A stretch of 64,000 nt of DNA from Tubulanus polymorphus. Taxonomy: Eukaryota > Animalia > Nemertea. Of this stretch, positions 38,829 through 51,147 are shown one piece after another; the stretch's first letter is position 1, and the number at the start of each line of letters is the position of its first letter. The notes beneath the pieces are model-generated. The model saw nothing but the letters and a program-made list of their open reading frames with translations, had not been told where the DNA came from and did not search any database. Location: positions 15,224,150 to 15,288,149 of the forward strand of contig NC_134026.1 of NCBI RefSeq assembly GCF_964204645.1, in the 5' to 3' direction. The translations under genes and the position numbers were made by a program.

Positions 38829-41800
38829 ATTTATTTCAGCAGCGCATACCAACCTTTGTTGAGCGTGCGTGATTGGTCTTGAAATTGGTATTCATGCGAG
38901 GCATAGTGCTGCCGACAATTCAATTCATTCTTTATTGACACAAAATTTCACAATATAACATTAACTTTCACATTTAAAAAAAATTCTTTTAATTTTCTTT
39001 TACTTTCATTGAGTGCTTGCGTTAGTGGCCATTTGAAAAGTATGAACATTTATATTTTTCAGTTTTAATATCTTATAAAACTTAAAACCGCTTTTCCGTA
39101 AAATAAATTCTGAATTGAATTGAAGACTGGTTCCCTTTCTCTTCAAAGAGCCAGGGGGCGGTAGTTTTTGGTGGCAATAAACTTTATCCGATGATCGTAG
39201 TGGATTGTCATTTGAAGGAAATGCAACTTATTCTTGCTTAATGTCTTTATTATTTTAAAAAGAAAAATCGTGGCTCCTTTCTATTTTCATGACCCACATC
39301 ACTGTTAATGTGTACGACGTACTGGCTGGCTACGTTTATGCAGCACACATTACTATTGTACGGGATGGCGCAGGCTGGTGTCGGATACTACATGAACAAG
39401 TTTATGGTTTCAGGACGATTTTGTGGTCCAGTACTGGACAAAACTATCTCTGCCCACATAGATATTCGTGATGTATATATCAGTCCTTATATATCATCCC
39501 CTTGTGGTTAACAATAGAGGGAATGACTTTTAAATAAGGATGAATGCTTGCTTCACGACCTAGAAATATGCTGTACTCTATAGTCACAAATTCCTTCGTT
39601 CTGAGGCGTCTGGTCCAAATTAAATGGAATAATTTCGACTGTTTATTAATAATAACTGTTGGCTTCCTAAACATCGGATGTTTGATTGGAATCTGATGTA
39701 TTTGAGTCACTATTTTGCACTTTAATCGCTGTTAGTATCACTGGTTTCTATACACTACACCATGTTGTTTTTGTCTGGGTTCTCAGAATGACGTCACACT
39801 TCTGGGTTGGGAATGAATCAGCACGGCCGATCAAAAGTTTCGCTTTAACAGTAATTGAAGAATGGAAAATCAATTTCTTCAAATGAATAGGTTATAATTG
39901 ATGATGAAAAATACTTTTTAAAACCTCAAAAATCTAAATAAACCTCTTCATGACCCCGTTAAGTATAAAACCTAAATGAAATGTATAAATCAGTTGACTG
40001 ACAACAGTAAACATGTATTGTAAAATTCCATCGGTTCGGCCATTCTCTAAGATAAGTTTTCACTTTAAGATGCCATTCCTGCATTCTGGGTACTCGAGGT
40101 GGTAGCAGCACCTTACACACTCGGCAGATAGATTCGATTTGTAAATGCACGCCGGGAAAAATAGCTTTTATTATCTTTTTCATGCGTTGAACACCAAAAC
40201 AGTGATCGAATTTCGTCGTAAATTGCAATATTGCAATGGTTTTTTGCCGCTGCTGTAGTTATTTGGAATTGAATGGAGCGGCCTCAGTAGCTCAGTGTCA
40301 GTGAGATGTTGCATCCACTATCAAGTGCTGATTGGGTTTGAGAACCTGCTGGCTCGTAGAGTGTGGGGGCAACACTTCAAGGGCCGTTCCATTGTGAGGT
40401 TAAATTTAATGAACAATCCAATAGGGTTAGTCTTGGAAAAGCAAGATCCAAACGACGTATAGCCAAACAAACAATTATCAGCCGGCCTCAGTGATACCAA
40501 CACTGGTATCGCTTCTCTGCAATGTTTTGATTTTTGCATGCGTATGTTCTACTGGTTGATCTACATATTATGCATCAGAGGATTTTGCAGTTGCATTTAG
40601 AAAAATCGTTCCGTTTTTGTTTTCATTATTCAGTAGGGCCTAACAGTTCATGCGAAAAAACTGGGGTTTTGTATCCAAATCCTGTTTGATATAAATATCT
40701 TGGCTGGAACATGAAGGAAACATCAGATAAAACTAGTTTCGTCTTTTTACAGAATCGCAATAATGAGGTTTAACAATACAAATAGGCTAAATTGTTCGGA
40801 GAAAAGAAATTCATTTTTCAGCGTGAATAAAAGTCGTACTGGATAAATTTAACCTTTAAGTCTGTAGACCTCTGTAAGTCTGTGTAAAGCATTAACCACT
40901 TAATACCTTACCACAGTATAATCTCCCAATGCTTCAAGGCGCATGGCCCTCTTGTTATGCATGTTGCTTCCTTAAAGTCGCAGAAAAATGTTATTATCAT
41001 GCACATAGCTTGGTAAAAGTCACAGATTATCCAAGGTAACATTGTGAAAAACACCACAGAAAATTTGCAATTTTCAAAAACTATTCAAGTTTCAAAAATA
41101 AGAATATTGAAGTATTTTATCACATTATGCTATGAAATCAAATTTGGGGGATTTTTTTTTCGGGGGATCGTTACCCAATCCTATATGGATCAACGCAAGC
41201 ACCAGCTGTGTATGACTACTCATTGAGAGCATATATGTCAGTGTGTTTAGCGACAACGCGTTGTGGGGGGCATACTGTATTTACTTCATCGTCCGTCTGT
41301 CCGCAGTGGTTTCTGTGCCCTAGCACCTAAACCTTTTGACAGATTTTCTTCAAATTCAACAGTTATGATATGAGGTTAGTAACTGCTTAGATTTCGGGTC
41401 CTGTAGGTCCAAGGTCAAGGTCGCAGGAAGTCATTTTGTAAATTTCCAGGGATGAAAATCTTGGTTGTAGGTCATTTTTATCTTTCTTGAGATTGATGTA
41501 GATCCGTTGAGTAATTGATATGGTTTGATTGTTAGATCGTAGCATACTTAAAGAACAGACCATAAAATCGTCTCATAAAACCATTGCTACGATCTCTGAA
41601 ATCTTTTTTTACAACATCATTGCAAAACACCGCTGTTGTCTAGAACCACTGTGCAGATCCGCGCAGTGCGGCAAATCTATATTTGGAATCTGCAATTCAT
41701 CCAACAAAGCATAGCCTACGTGCTCAATAAAAGTGGCTTTAGTGGTAGATTGGAAGATTATAGATAGGGGCTCCTCAGGGACTCTACTATTCATTGACAA

Positions 41801-41963
41801 GTTCATTTAAGTATGAACATGTTCTAGTGATTTTTATATCGTCGGAGCCATACGAACGATCAACCGCGTGGCAGCAGTCCCTCGTCAACAATATCCTGCA
41901 ATCCATTTATGACCTATAGTGGGCAATAAACTTGAAAATTGAACTGCTGTATTGTATTTCTAG

Positions 41964-42069
41964 GTGGCAAAAGTGCTGTTTTGACAGCTCTAGTTGTTGG
42001 TTTAGGTGGAAAAGCATCTGCAACTAGTCGAGGATCTGCAGTGAAAGGGTTCATTAAATTTCACAAGCA
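41964..42069 (+). CDS. SMC6: SMC6 exon ([34 protein letters not shown])
   Basis: Completes Walker A GRNGSGKS; contains the SMC6-typical GLGGKAxxTxRG; phases 1/2 match the neighbouring exons. Confidence 0.95.
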
Positions 42070-42269
42070 GTAAGTATGTGACAAGGAACGTTAAGTCGAA
42101 TCATGGTGCACAGAATGTTTATTGGATTATTTAGAGGTGTCCGTGGACAAGAAGTTAAATAGATGTCAACATGCCAAATGAGCAATCTTTTTCTGGCACC
42201 CTCTTGTGTGGGTGCCCTAAAGTGGTCACCTTGTCAGTTGGTCTAATTACATTTCCGGATGATTACCAT

Positions 42270-43100
42270 TTTAGCCCCTTTGGGACTTAAGTCCCAGCGG
42301 GCTATTGCGTTCACTCCAGTTATTTTGGGAAGTTTATAAGACGCTTCAATGTAAATTCTTGATATCTTGGTTACACATGTATCTACCCCAGACACATCTT
42401 CAGCCTCAAAACTAGCCCTGTCAGAATCAAGATGGCCGACTGGCAGCCATTGTTGTTCGCCAAAATCTGCACACTTCACATATTTTTGAACTTCTCGATG
42501 GAAATTTTGAAGACACTTTCATCAGTTTCCTTGATATTTCACGACCGTTGCCGAGATAGGAACTCTGCCAACAATTGGATTAGTTCTTTTCGCCGTGGAT
42601 TTCTGGCGCACCGATCGCGCTTAATGCTTATGCATTAGACCAGACACCTGATACGGGTGTATCGATAGGGCGACGTACATGCGAAGGATTCGAATCTAAA
42701 TTTTTCTAAAATCAATATAAGCCACAACTGAACAAAACCACATTTTGATTGGTCGAATTCCTGCCGCTACGTATCCTGGGAAATTGCTCAAACCAGGAAG
42801 TGAAATGTTTTTGTGAATTTTCCGGTCATTAGTTTTTGCATATGGCCACACGAGGCTTTGAATAATACAATAACCTAGTATTTCTATATTACAGTTGTAC
42901 CTTAGCATATTTTGTTACCAGAATCAATTGCCAAGTTGTAGCTCATGACATCATCCATGATTTTGGTGAGTTTAAGGATAGTAGTTATTCCATAATGGTC
43001 ACCAGGGGGCGTTGAGCATAACTTAGTATTCCTTTATTATATTCGTACCTAGGCATATTTTGTTACCATGATCAATTGCAAAGTTGTAGATCATGACATC
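42270..43100 (+). mobile_element. HINE-like element, copy 4 (rearranged)
   Basis: Same 5' end and 154-bp units as the other copies, with an unrelated insert at ~42530-42830. Confidence 0.6.
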
Positions 43101-43377
43101 ATGAGACAAGAAGATAAGAGTAAAATAATGATAGCTGGAAAACAATAGTAAAGTAAGCAAAGATATAGATTGAAATAACTTAAAACTAGACCCCTACTTT
43201 AAATGAGTGTTTGTTTCATTGGTATTCAGCTTAAATGAAGTACAATTGATGCGATCGAAGACATTCGAAACCTCTTGTCGATTACATGGTTGGCTTAGTT
43301 AAAATTCCCGGAAAAAACTGTTTTTGCTCTTAGTTTGGCATACACATTGCAATGACCTTGTTTTGGGGTGCGTCTCT

Positions 43378-43636
43378 CAGGCGCAGATCCAGGATTTTTT
43401 CCAGGAGGGGTTTATAATGAGTCTTAATGTTAAATTGCCGACTAAAATTTCTGATTGGGGGCCTATGTATACGGAATATTGTTTGGCCAAAAATAAGATG
43501 ATATGGTACCGATTATGTAGTACAGTTCGCCCGCTTTGTCGTGGGTACATTCCTTTAAGAAAACCATCTAAAATTTTTTTGGTAGCCGAGCAGGGGGGTC
43601 ACGACCCCTGAAATCCCCTCATTGGACCCGCGCCTG
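43378..43636. mobile_element. Small non-autonomous DNA element
   Basis: Inverted ends CAGGCGCAGATCCA / TGGACCCGCGCCTG; no exact TSD. Confidence 0.55.
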
Positions 43637-44435
43637 ACTCTACAAGCGAATGATACGGATGCAGCGATATTAATGATAATTATGTCATCCTGGTAGCGCA
43701 TGTTGACATTCTCACTCGGCATTCTTATCACTCAGTGTGCGTCATTAGTGCTCACACTATTATGTACAAATTTGGTAGCTATAATGAGGTTAGTTCACAG
43801 ATGAAACCTATGAAATACTAACTTTCTCGGTCATCCAATATGGCTCCAATGATGGACATTTTGAATTTCTTGTTAGGGCCCTACATACATCTGATAAGGT
43901 GCGCTTTCTTTTAATCTTGGTTTATGTATTAGGGTAGGTCCATGGATGAAATCCATTGACAATTAGCCTTCTTAGTCTTCCAATATGGCTGCCACAGTGG
44001 ACATATTGAATATCTTGTTAGCGCTCTACACCCATCTGATAATGTGCGATATCTTTTAACTTTGGTTTTATGAAATGGGGTAAGTCTGTCCAGAGTTATT
44101 AGTCTGGTATTCTTGTTATGTTCGCTTTAATGCCTGGGAAGGTGTGCTTGTTGTTTAGTCATGTATGTTGTCGAATAAAGTCAGTTTTAGTTGAGTATAT
44201 GTAAGCGTACAGTCCTCTTTACTGCTTTTCTGTCCAATTTGACAAGGTCCATGGCTGAAGCCTATCAAAATTTAGTTCTCTTAATCATCCAATATGGCTG
44301 CCACATATGGACTCATACTGGTTCGTAGGTACTCATGACCTAGAAATGAAAATGGCCCATTGCTGCCGGAAATCAGTTAAACCTTTTTACAAGTATTTGA
44401 TTTAAATGACATTTCATGAAAATATTTCATTATAG

Positions 44436-44572
44436 AATGGCAGAGGTTACTGTAAAACTAAGAAACCGTGGTCCCGATGCCTACAAACATGGCGAATATG
44501 GCGATACAATCAGTGTGGAACGACGGTTTAATACTGATGGATCAAGTCAATATAAGATAAGATCCTATGATG
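44436..44572 (+). CDS. SMC6: SMC6 exon (MAEVTVKLRNRGPDAYKHGEYGDTISVERRFNTDGSSQYKIRSYD)
   Basis: L.N.G.DAY....YG..I.VERR motif; AG/GT boundaries; phases 2/1 match. Confidence 0.93.
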
Positions 44573-45521
44573 GTAATGTATTACAAATGATAATAATAGA
44601 ATTTCGTAAAATTCTTAGCTGTACCATATGAGTACCTACGTATATTTGATTATAATTATCATCTCGTACTGTGTCTAAAATTCCATGTTGATGCCCGTGG
44701 TAGTTTGCAATATTTGCTTTACTGCGGAGCTGTGATTATAGCACCCTCGAGTGTGGGCTGTGAAAAGTGTAAATTATTGTCGTTTCACTGAAAGGTTTTC
44801 ATCATAGCATGTCATTAGTCGGTAGATGGCATTTCTGTCAATAATTTTCAGTAAAAATCTTTTATGGTTGCAATTCATTGTTTTTGTGCAATTTTGAGTC
44901 AAAATTTTACAGTTTTTTCGAAATAAATAAGGTAAGGTAAAATGAATACAGATCAAGTTTCATCATTAATCTTTGCTGATGATGAGTTAGGAGACGATGA
45001 TTTAGAGCTAATAGACAGTGAATCCAGCGGATTTATAAAACAGTTCAGATGATATTTATGATATAGGCGACGCAAATGAAACCCTTTTTAAGCCAAGTCC
45101 TTGCCATGCTCTGATGAATCCGACAAAAACTTACCAATGCTATGTACCTAAAATACTCAAACCTGGTATCATATGAAAGGTCCTGATATTGTCTACAAAC
45201 TTTTCTCTCACTGGTAAGCTATAGGACTGATGGCTTTGAACTAAATGACTTCAAATATAAGTTGTTGAAAAGCGCAACAATGGCTGAAAATAATTAAATT
45301 TCTAGGGTACTTGCAGTGTAAAAAACTTGAACTTAATAGGGTTAAAAAACATGCAGGTGGACCAATATTGTGAAGTATTTATGAATTCAATTCCAGCTTT
45401 CAATATGGCTTGCTAGCAATGATCCTCACTCCTAGCAATGATCCTCACTCCTCGCAATGATCATTCTCTGGAAAGGGATGTTTTATACCTGAGACAGGTA
45501 TTTTTGATCAGCCAATTATGA

Positions 45522-46794
45522 TGCTATTGCGTTCACTTTTCGTCTGTCCGTCCGTTGTAGCATTCGTCCGTCCGTTGTAGCATTCGTCCGTCCGTCCGTC
45601 CGTAGACGGAATCCAGTTATTTTGGGAAGTTTTGAAGACGCTTCAAGGTAACGTCTTGATATTTGGGTTACACATGTATCTACCCTAGACACATCTTCAG
45701 CCCAAAAACTGGCCCTGTCAGAATCAAGATGGCCAACTAGCAGCCATTGTTGTTCGCCAAAATCAGCACTTTTTACACATTTTTGAACTTTTTGAGGGAA
45801 ATTTTGAAGACGCTTTGATCAATTAGCTTGATCTTTCGGATATATGTGAATCCCCCCAGGGCCCATTAACATAACAAAAATTGGGTCGGTCGGACTCAAG
45901 ATGGCCGTCCTATGACCTTTTTAGTGCCCAAAAATGTTAATTTTGGCCCGAATTCTGAGTCCTGTAGCTTCCTACTGGTTTGCCATTTCTCATTGCAATT
46001 TGTGATGGGTATTCTTTGGAAAGGGATGTTTTATACCTGAGACAGGTATTTTTCATCGGCCAATTATGACGCAATTGGCGGCCATCTTTGTGTCACCAGT
46101 ACTCATTCGTAAGTGGGAAAAAGTTTTTCCACATTATATTGATACCTAAGCGTTTTTTGCAACCACAATCAATTAGAAAGTTGTAGCTCATAACGTGTTC
46201 TATGATTGTGGTGAGTTTCAAGGTAATTGGATTTCGTATATGGCCACCAGGGGGTGTTGAATAATACAATATCTTAGCATTTCTTTATTATATTCGTACC
46301 TATGCATATTTTGTAACCACAATCGATTGCATAGTTGTAGCTCATGACATCATCTATGATTGTTGCGAGTTTTAAGGACATTAGTTTTTCTATATGGTCA
46401 CCAGGGGGCGTTGAATAGTAGAATAACTTAGTATTTCCTTATTATATTGGTACCTAGGCATATTTTGTTACCATGATCAATTGCAAAGTTGTAGTTCATG
46501 ACATGTTCTATGATTGTGGTGAGTTTCGAGGTCATTGGGTTTTGAATATGGTCACCAGGGGGCGTTGAATAGTAGAATGACTTAGTATTGCCATATTAAA
46601 TTGGTAACGAGGCATATTTTGTCATCACAATCAATTACAAAATCGTAGCTGCTGACATGTTCTATGATTGTGGTGAGTTTCAAGGTCGTTGGTTTTTGTA
46701 AATGGTCACCAGGGGGCGTTGAATATTGAAATTGTTAGATTGTTGAGCATTTGAAACCACTTCACAAGTGGGCATGGCGTCCCTGGACCCCTAG
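45522..46794 (+). mobile_element. HINE-like element, copy 5, followed by a further partial copy (46797-48244) interrupted by a MITE
   Basis: (CGTC)n microsatellite; 154-bp units at 46245, 46399, 46553 and ~46707; 3' end CAAGTGGGCATGGCGTCCCTGGACCCCTAGT. Confidence 0.7.
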
Positions 46795-46920
46795 TATATA
46801 TGGCCACCAGGGTCGTTGAATAATATAATATCTTAGTATTTCTATATTATATTTGTACCAATACATATTTTGTTACCACAATCAATTGCAAAGTTGTAGC
46901 TCATTACATCGTCTATGATT

Positions 46921-48125
46921 CAGGGCTGCCAACCCTCCCGAATTATTCGGAATCCTCCCGATTTGCGTGAAGAAATTCCGACGATACGATCGGGTATACA
47001 AAATTCCGACTTTTTTTTCTTTTTCGGCGATGTCCGATTTTCCACCCGCCAGCGCGTTGTAACACAATATGATGATTTGGTAGAACAGAATTGAATAGGT
47101 GGGGAATTTATATGCACGCCCGTGGTGGATGAGTGCGTGGCTATATACTGTGTACGTGGGTCAGGCGATAAACAGCGCTTACTAGCGCGCGCGTGCGTGC
47201 GTGTGTGTGTATGAGAGTAGCTGTGTTATTGATTTTATCTACGCATGGCGTACGATTATTTCGTAGTAGGAGAGCAGCTTTTTAATTTGTTTCAAGAATA
47301 AAAATAAAGTTCATTCGTTTTAAAATACGTTGTTTTCAATCATTTTTGTGAAAATATTATGACATGTGGCTAAATGTGATTGTTATTGTCAAATTGCTCC
47401 GCATCGTTTCGGAGAAGAATCGGTTTACTGCGGTAATTAGCTCGTTTTCGCAGCGCGATTAGCATTCGAAGATCCGGGTTAGATTTCAACGTATGGACTC
47501 TTTGAAATGTTTCGGTAAGCAATTGCTTTGCTAGTTTGAACCTTAATGTTGTCACTCTTGTGTTAGTTTGATTTAAAAAGATAATTTAAGATGCTTTTGA
47601 GCAGTGCATCTCAAAGTAAACTTTTAGTTCGCATATTTGGCAGATGGCAGCACCACCGAGTAGCATGTAGATTTAGAGACTTTTTACTGTTTGTATCTTT
47701 CAGTTCTGTACGTGGAGTCTCTCTTGGACAGTATCGTGGAATTGATGCTGGAAATGGATATATTCGCATGACAGCTGTATAGTGTTATGTAATTCGTTTG
47801 ACAATTTATGCCAGTTTTATGTTCTTATTTTTTAGTCTATTGTATATTTTTGATAAACACTGTTGATTTTTATCTTTCATAAAATAATAAAGAAAAAATA
47901 CATTCTGTAGAATTTGCTGATTTTTTATTTTGCTAATAATTCCATATTTTCATATCCAGCTTTCATATATTACACGTGAAAGGTATTCCTAATTGAAAGC
48001 AAAATATTCCTACTTGGAAAAGTCACAATTTCTTCGGTTTCGATATATTCCTATTGAAACCTTCAATATTCCTAATTAATCTGCCATTCATCCCTAAATG
48101 GAATTTTGAAAGGTTGGCAGCCCTG
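46921..48125 (+). mobile_element. Non-autonomous hAT-type element (1,205 bp) with 6-bp TSD ATGATT
   Basis: 14-bp TIR CAGGGCTGCCAACC; ATGATT at 46915-46920 and 48126-48131. The empty site TCTATGATTGTGGTGAG is present in sister repeat units (e.g. ~38384). Confidence 0.9.
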
Positions 48126-48963
48126 ATGATTGTGGTGAGTTTTAAGGAAATTAGTTATTCAAGGGGCATTGAATATTGAATTCTTAGATTGTTGAGCATT
48201 TGAAACCATATCCCACGTATGCATTGTGTCCGTAGACCTCTAGTGCTAATTGATGCTTGACCTTGTTTCTTGATAATGATGTCAATATGAGAACCCTTTA
48301 GCATTCAAGTTCATTATACAGAGAACAGACATTATATTGATTGTTCTGCCATTTGCCTGGGGAGAACCTATTACAGTGCTTCATCAGTAATAGGGGTAAT
48401 GGGCTTTCAGATCAAAGGTCGAACGGTCGAGCTCATTAAAAAACAAAACATTAAAAGTAATTTAAAACTATAATATATTTTCATAACCGTGTGCATTTTA
48501 TATTAAAACTAAATATTTATTCTAAGATATCAATAATTTAAAAAGCATATTGTATTAAATCAATTGGTCGCTCCACTTCGCTACCGCTCCGCTCCGCGAA
48601 TAACATATAAATTGATAGATTATTCAATATAAAAGTGTTATTAAAGTGTGAGTAAAAAAGTAACGAGTAATTAACGAGCTCTTTTAAATAGATATATAGA
48701 TATATTTTAAACATATTTCAATATTTATATTTGTATGAGTTAGATTTTTAAACATAAAAAGTGTGAGTAAAGTGTGAGTGAAATAATTCATATTTAAATC
48801 ATTGAATATTTATATTTATATGTGTTAAATTCTTATTTTCAGTATAAAAGTAACGAGTAATTAATGAGTGAGATAATTCATATTTAAAACAGTGAATATT
48901 TATATTTATGTGCGTTAAATTCTTATTTTTTAACATAAAAAGTAACGAGTAATTAACGAGTTG

Positions 48964-49572
48964 ATGAAAATATCAATTTTAATAACAAAATTACTTATAA
49001 ATATGAATGAACAGATACTACAGTTCAAAGATATCGATTTAAATGAATTAGAAAAATATTTTACAATTAAAAATTTCATTCCTATTAAAGATTTGATTAA
49101 AACTGCGCGTCTTCGTTTTCAAGTGAAAAATATTACTGAATTAGTGTTTAAAAATCACTATCTGATAATAGAGTTATCGAATGATAAAGATAAAATCTTA
49201 TTCAATACAATAATTCCAAAATTCACAACATTTGATGGAATAGATAAACATTTAATAATTACAGATGAAATGCAATCACTTTTTAATGATGAAAGTACAT
49301 TATTAAATCATAAAACATTATTTTTACACTTACGTTATTGCCCATTCAGAGAATGCTATGTTATGTTTTTCAGATTACAAGAAAAGAGATTTATCCCTGA
49401 CATTCCAAATGAAAAATCATATAAAGATGTTGGAATTCAATGTAATTTAGATAATGAAATTGTTGCGCCTAAATATAATCCTAATGAAAGCGTTTTATGT
49501 AATTGTGGAAAATATTATACTCGAAGCAATAAATCACACCATCTTAAATCAAAATATCATAACACATATTAA
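48964..49572 (+). CDS. Hypothetical protein with C-terminal zinc finger, left TIR copy (alternative ATG at 49003)
   Basis: Open ~200 codons in very AT-rich DNA; ends CNCGKYYTRSNKSHHLKSKYH. Confidence 0.65.
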   Translation: MKISILITKLLINMNEQILQFKDIDLNELEKYFTIKNFIPIKDLIKTARLRFQVKNITELVFKNHYLIIELSNDKDKILFNTIIPKFTTFDGIDKHLIITDEMQSLFNDESTLLNHKTLFLHLRYCPFRECYVMFFRLQEKRFIPDIPNEKSYKDVGIQCNLDNEIVAPKYNPNESVLCNCGKYYTRSNKSHHLKSKYHNTY

Positions 49573-49667
49573 AGATAAAAACTAATAACATAACCGATGA
49601 TTTAAAAACATTAAAACATCATTTTGATTTCAGTAACTATCCTAAAGATCATGAATTGTTTAGCATG

Positions 49668-50150
49668 AAATGATAAATTGTTTGACAGTTGAAGTGATAA
49701 ATTGTTTGACAGTTGAGATGATAAATTGTTTGGCAGTTGAAATGATAAATTGTTTGACAGTTGAAATGATAAATTGTTTGACAGTTGAAATGATAAATTG
49801 TTCGACAGTTGAAGTGATAAATTGTTTGACAGTTGAAATGATAAATTGTTCGACAGTTGAAATGATAAATTGTTGGACAGTTGAAATGATAAATTGTTGG
49901 ACAGTTGAAATGATAAATTGTTTGACAGTTGAAATGATAAATTGTTTGACAGTTGAAATGATAAATTGTTTGACAGTTGAAATGATAAATTGTTTGACAG
50001 TTGAAATGATAAATTGTTTGACAGTTGAAATGATAAATTGTTCGACTGTTGAAATGATAAGACAGTTGAAATGATAAATTTTTTGACAGTTGAAATGATA
50101 AATTGTTCGACAGTTGAAATGATTAGACAGTTGAAATGATAAATTGTTTG
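49668..50150 (+). repeat. 24-bp minisatellite ATAAATTGTTTGACAGTTGAAATG, ~20 units
   Basis: Directly visible tandem array at the inner end of the left TIR. Confidence 0.95.
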
Positions 50151-50272
50151 AATGTCGAAATGTTAAATTGTTTGGTTGTAAATTTAATTGTTATTCGATT
50201 TGAAACATATAAAAGTTAAATATTTCTAAAATATCAAATATTTATCAATTTAATAATTTTTTTCTTAAATAA

Positions 50273-50491
50273 ATGGATGGTTTCATTCCAACTGGGAAAA
50301 GTGATTTGAAACATTATTTAGTTGCTGGAGGTTTAATATTAGCAGCATTATATTTTTACTATGAGAATATTTCAGAAGATTTGATGAATGAAAATAATAA
50401 ATTGAGTAAAAAATTAAAGAAGTTAAATGGAAACAATCACAGAAATAGAAAGAATAAAAAAGTTAATTTAGAAAATGATTTAGAGGATTAA
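50273..50491 (+). CDS. Small hypothetical protein (72 aa) with predicted transmembrane helix and basic tail
   Basis: Hydrophobic stretch YLVAGGLILAALYFYY; ATG in TAAATAAATG context. Confidence 0.5.
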   Translation: MDGFIPTGKSDLKHYLVAGGLILAALYFYYENISEDLMNENNKLSKKLKKLNGNNHRNRKNKKVNLENDLED

Positions 50492-50529
50492 AACAGCATC
50501 TTTTAATTTCATATATTTTGACTATAAAA

Positions 50530-50832
50530 ATGAGTGAAAATATATTAAACTTATTACATCTAATATATAAAAATCAACAGAATATTAAATCAATTATTAT
50601 GCTTACAGGTTTATTTTCTTTTTCAATTTATAGTATAAAACAGTTGTTAGAATTCTATGATTGCTGTAAAATTAGATACACTGAATTAATAGAAAATATA
50701 AATTATATTTCAGATAGATTGAATAATATTAAATGCTGTGAAGTATGTAATAAAAGATATAAAAATTTAAAGAGTTTAAAAACTCATAAATATATTCATG
50801 AACTTGATGAAAAATTATATGATTCAAAATAA
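50530..50832 (+). CDS. Small hypothetical protein (100 aa) with hydrophobic helix and C2H2 zinc finger
   Basis: IIMLTGLFSFSIYSI; canonical C2H2 CEVCNKRYKNLKSLKTHKYIH. Confidence 0.6.
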   Translation: MSENILNLLHLIYKNQQNIKSIIMLTGLFSFSIYSIKQLLEFYDCCKIRYTELIENINYISDRLNNIKCCEVCNKRYKNLKSLKTHKYIHELDEKLYDSK

Positions 50833-50874
50833 GAAATCGACTGTTAAATTAGCTGAAAATATAAAATATATTAA

Positions 50875-50930
50875 AAAAAAACAATAAGTTAAATAAGTTA
50901 GTATTAGATAAAGTAACTTATTGTTTTTTT
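50875..50930 (+). terminator. AT-rich hairpin (17-bp perfect arms, 22-nt loop) downstream of the core ORFs; terminator role is inferred
   Basis: AAAAAAACAATAAGTTA (50875-50891) / TAACTTATTGTTTTTTT (50914-50930). Confidence 0.3.
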
Positions 50931-51147
50931 ATTTAAATCTTTTTGATTTCTATTCGCGCTATTGGTTAACAAGAATTGACTAGAATTCAAATAGATTTAA
51001 CAAGAAATTCAATAACTTTAACTGTTAGTATCACTCTTGTATTATTTCATTGTTTTTATTGAATAAGCCAACTAACTAATATCACTCTTGTATTATCCTA
51101 GTCAAATGTAAAGAATTTACAATATCATACTTGAATGAATTAAAACA

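Noticed and set aside
40281-40400. Second tRNA-like or SINE head (GTAGCTCAGTG...)
   Set aside because: Box B is too degenerate to support a call.
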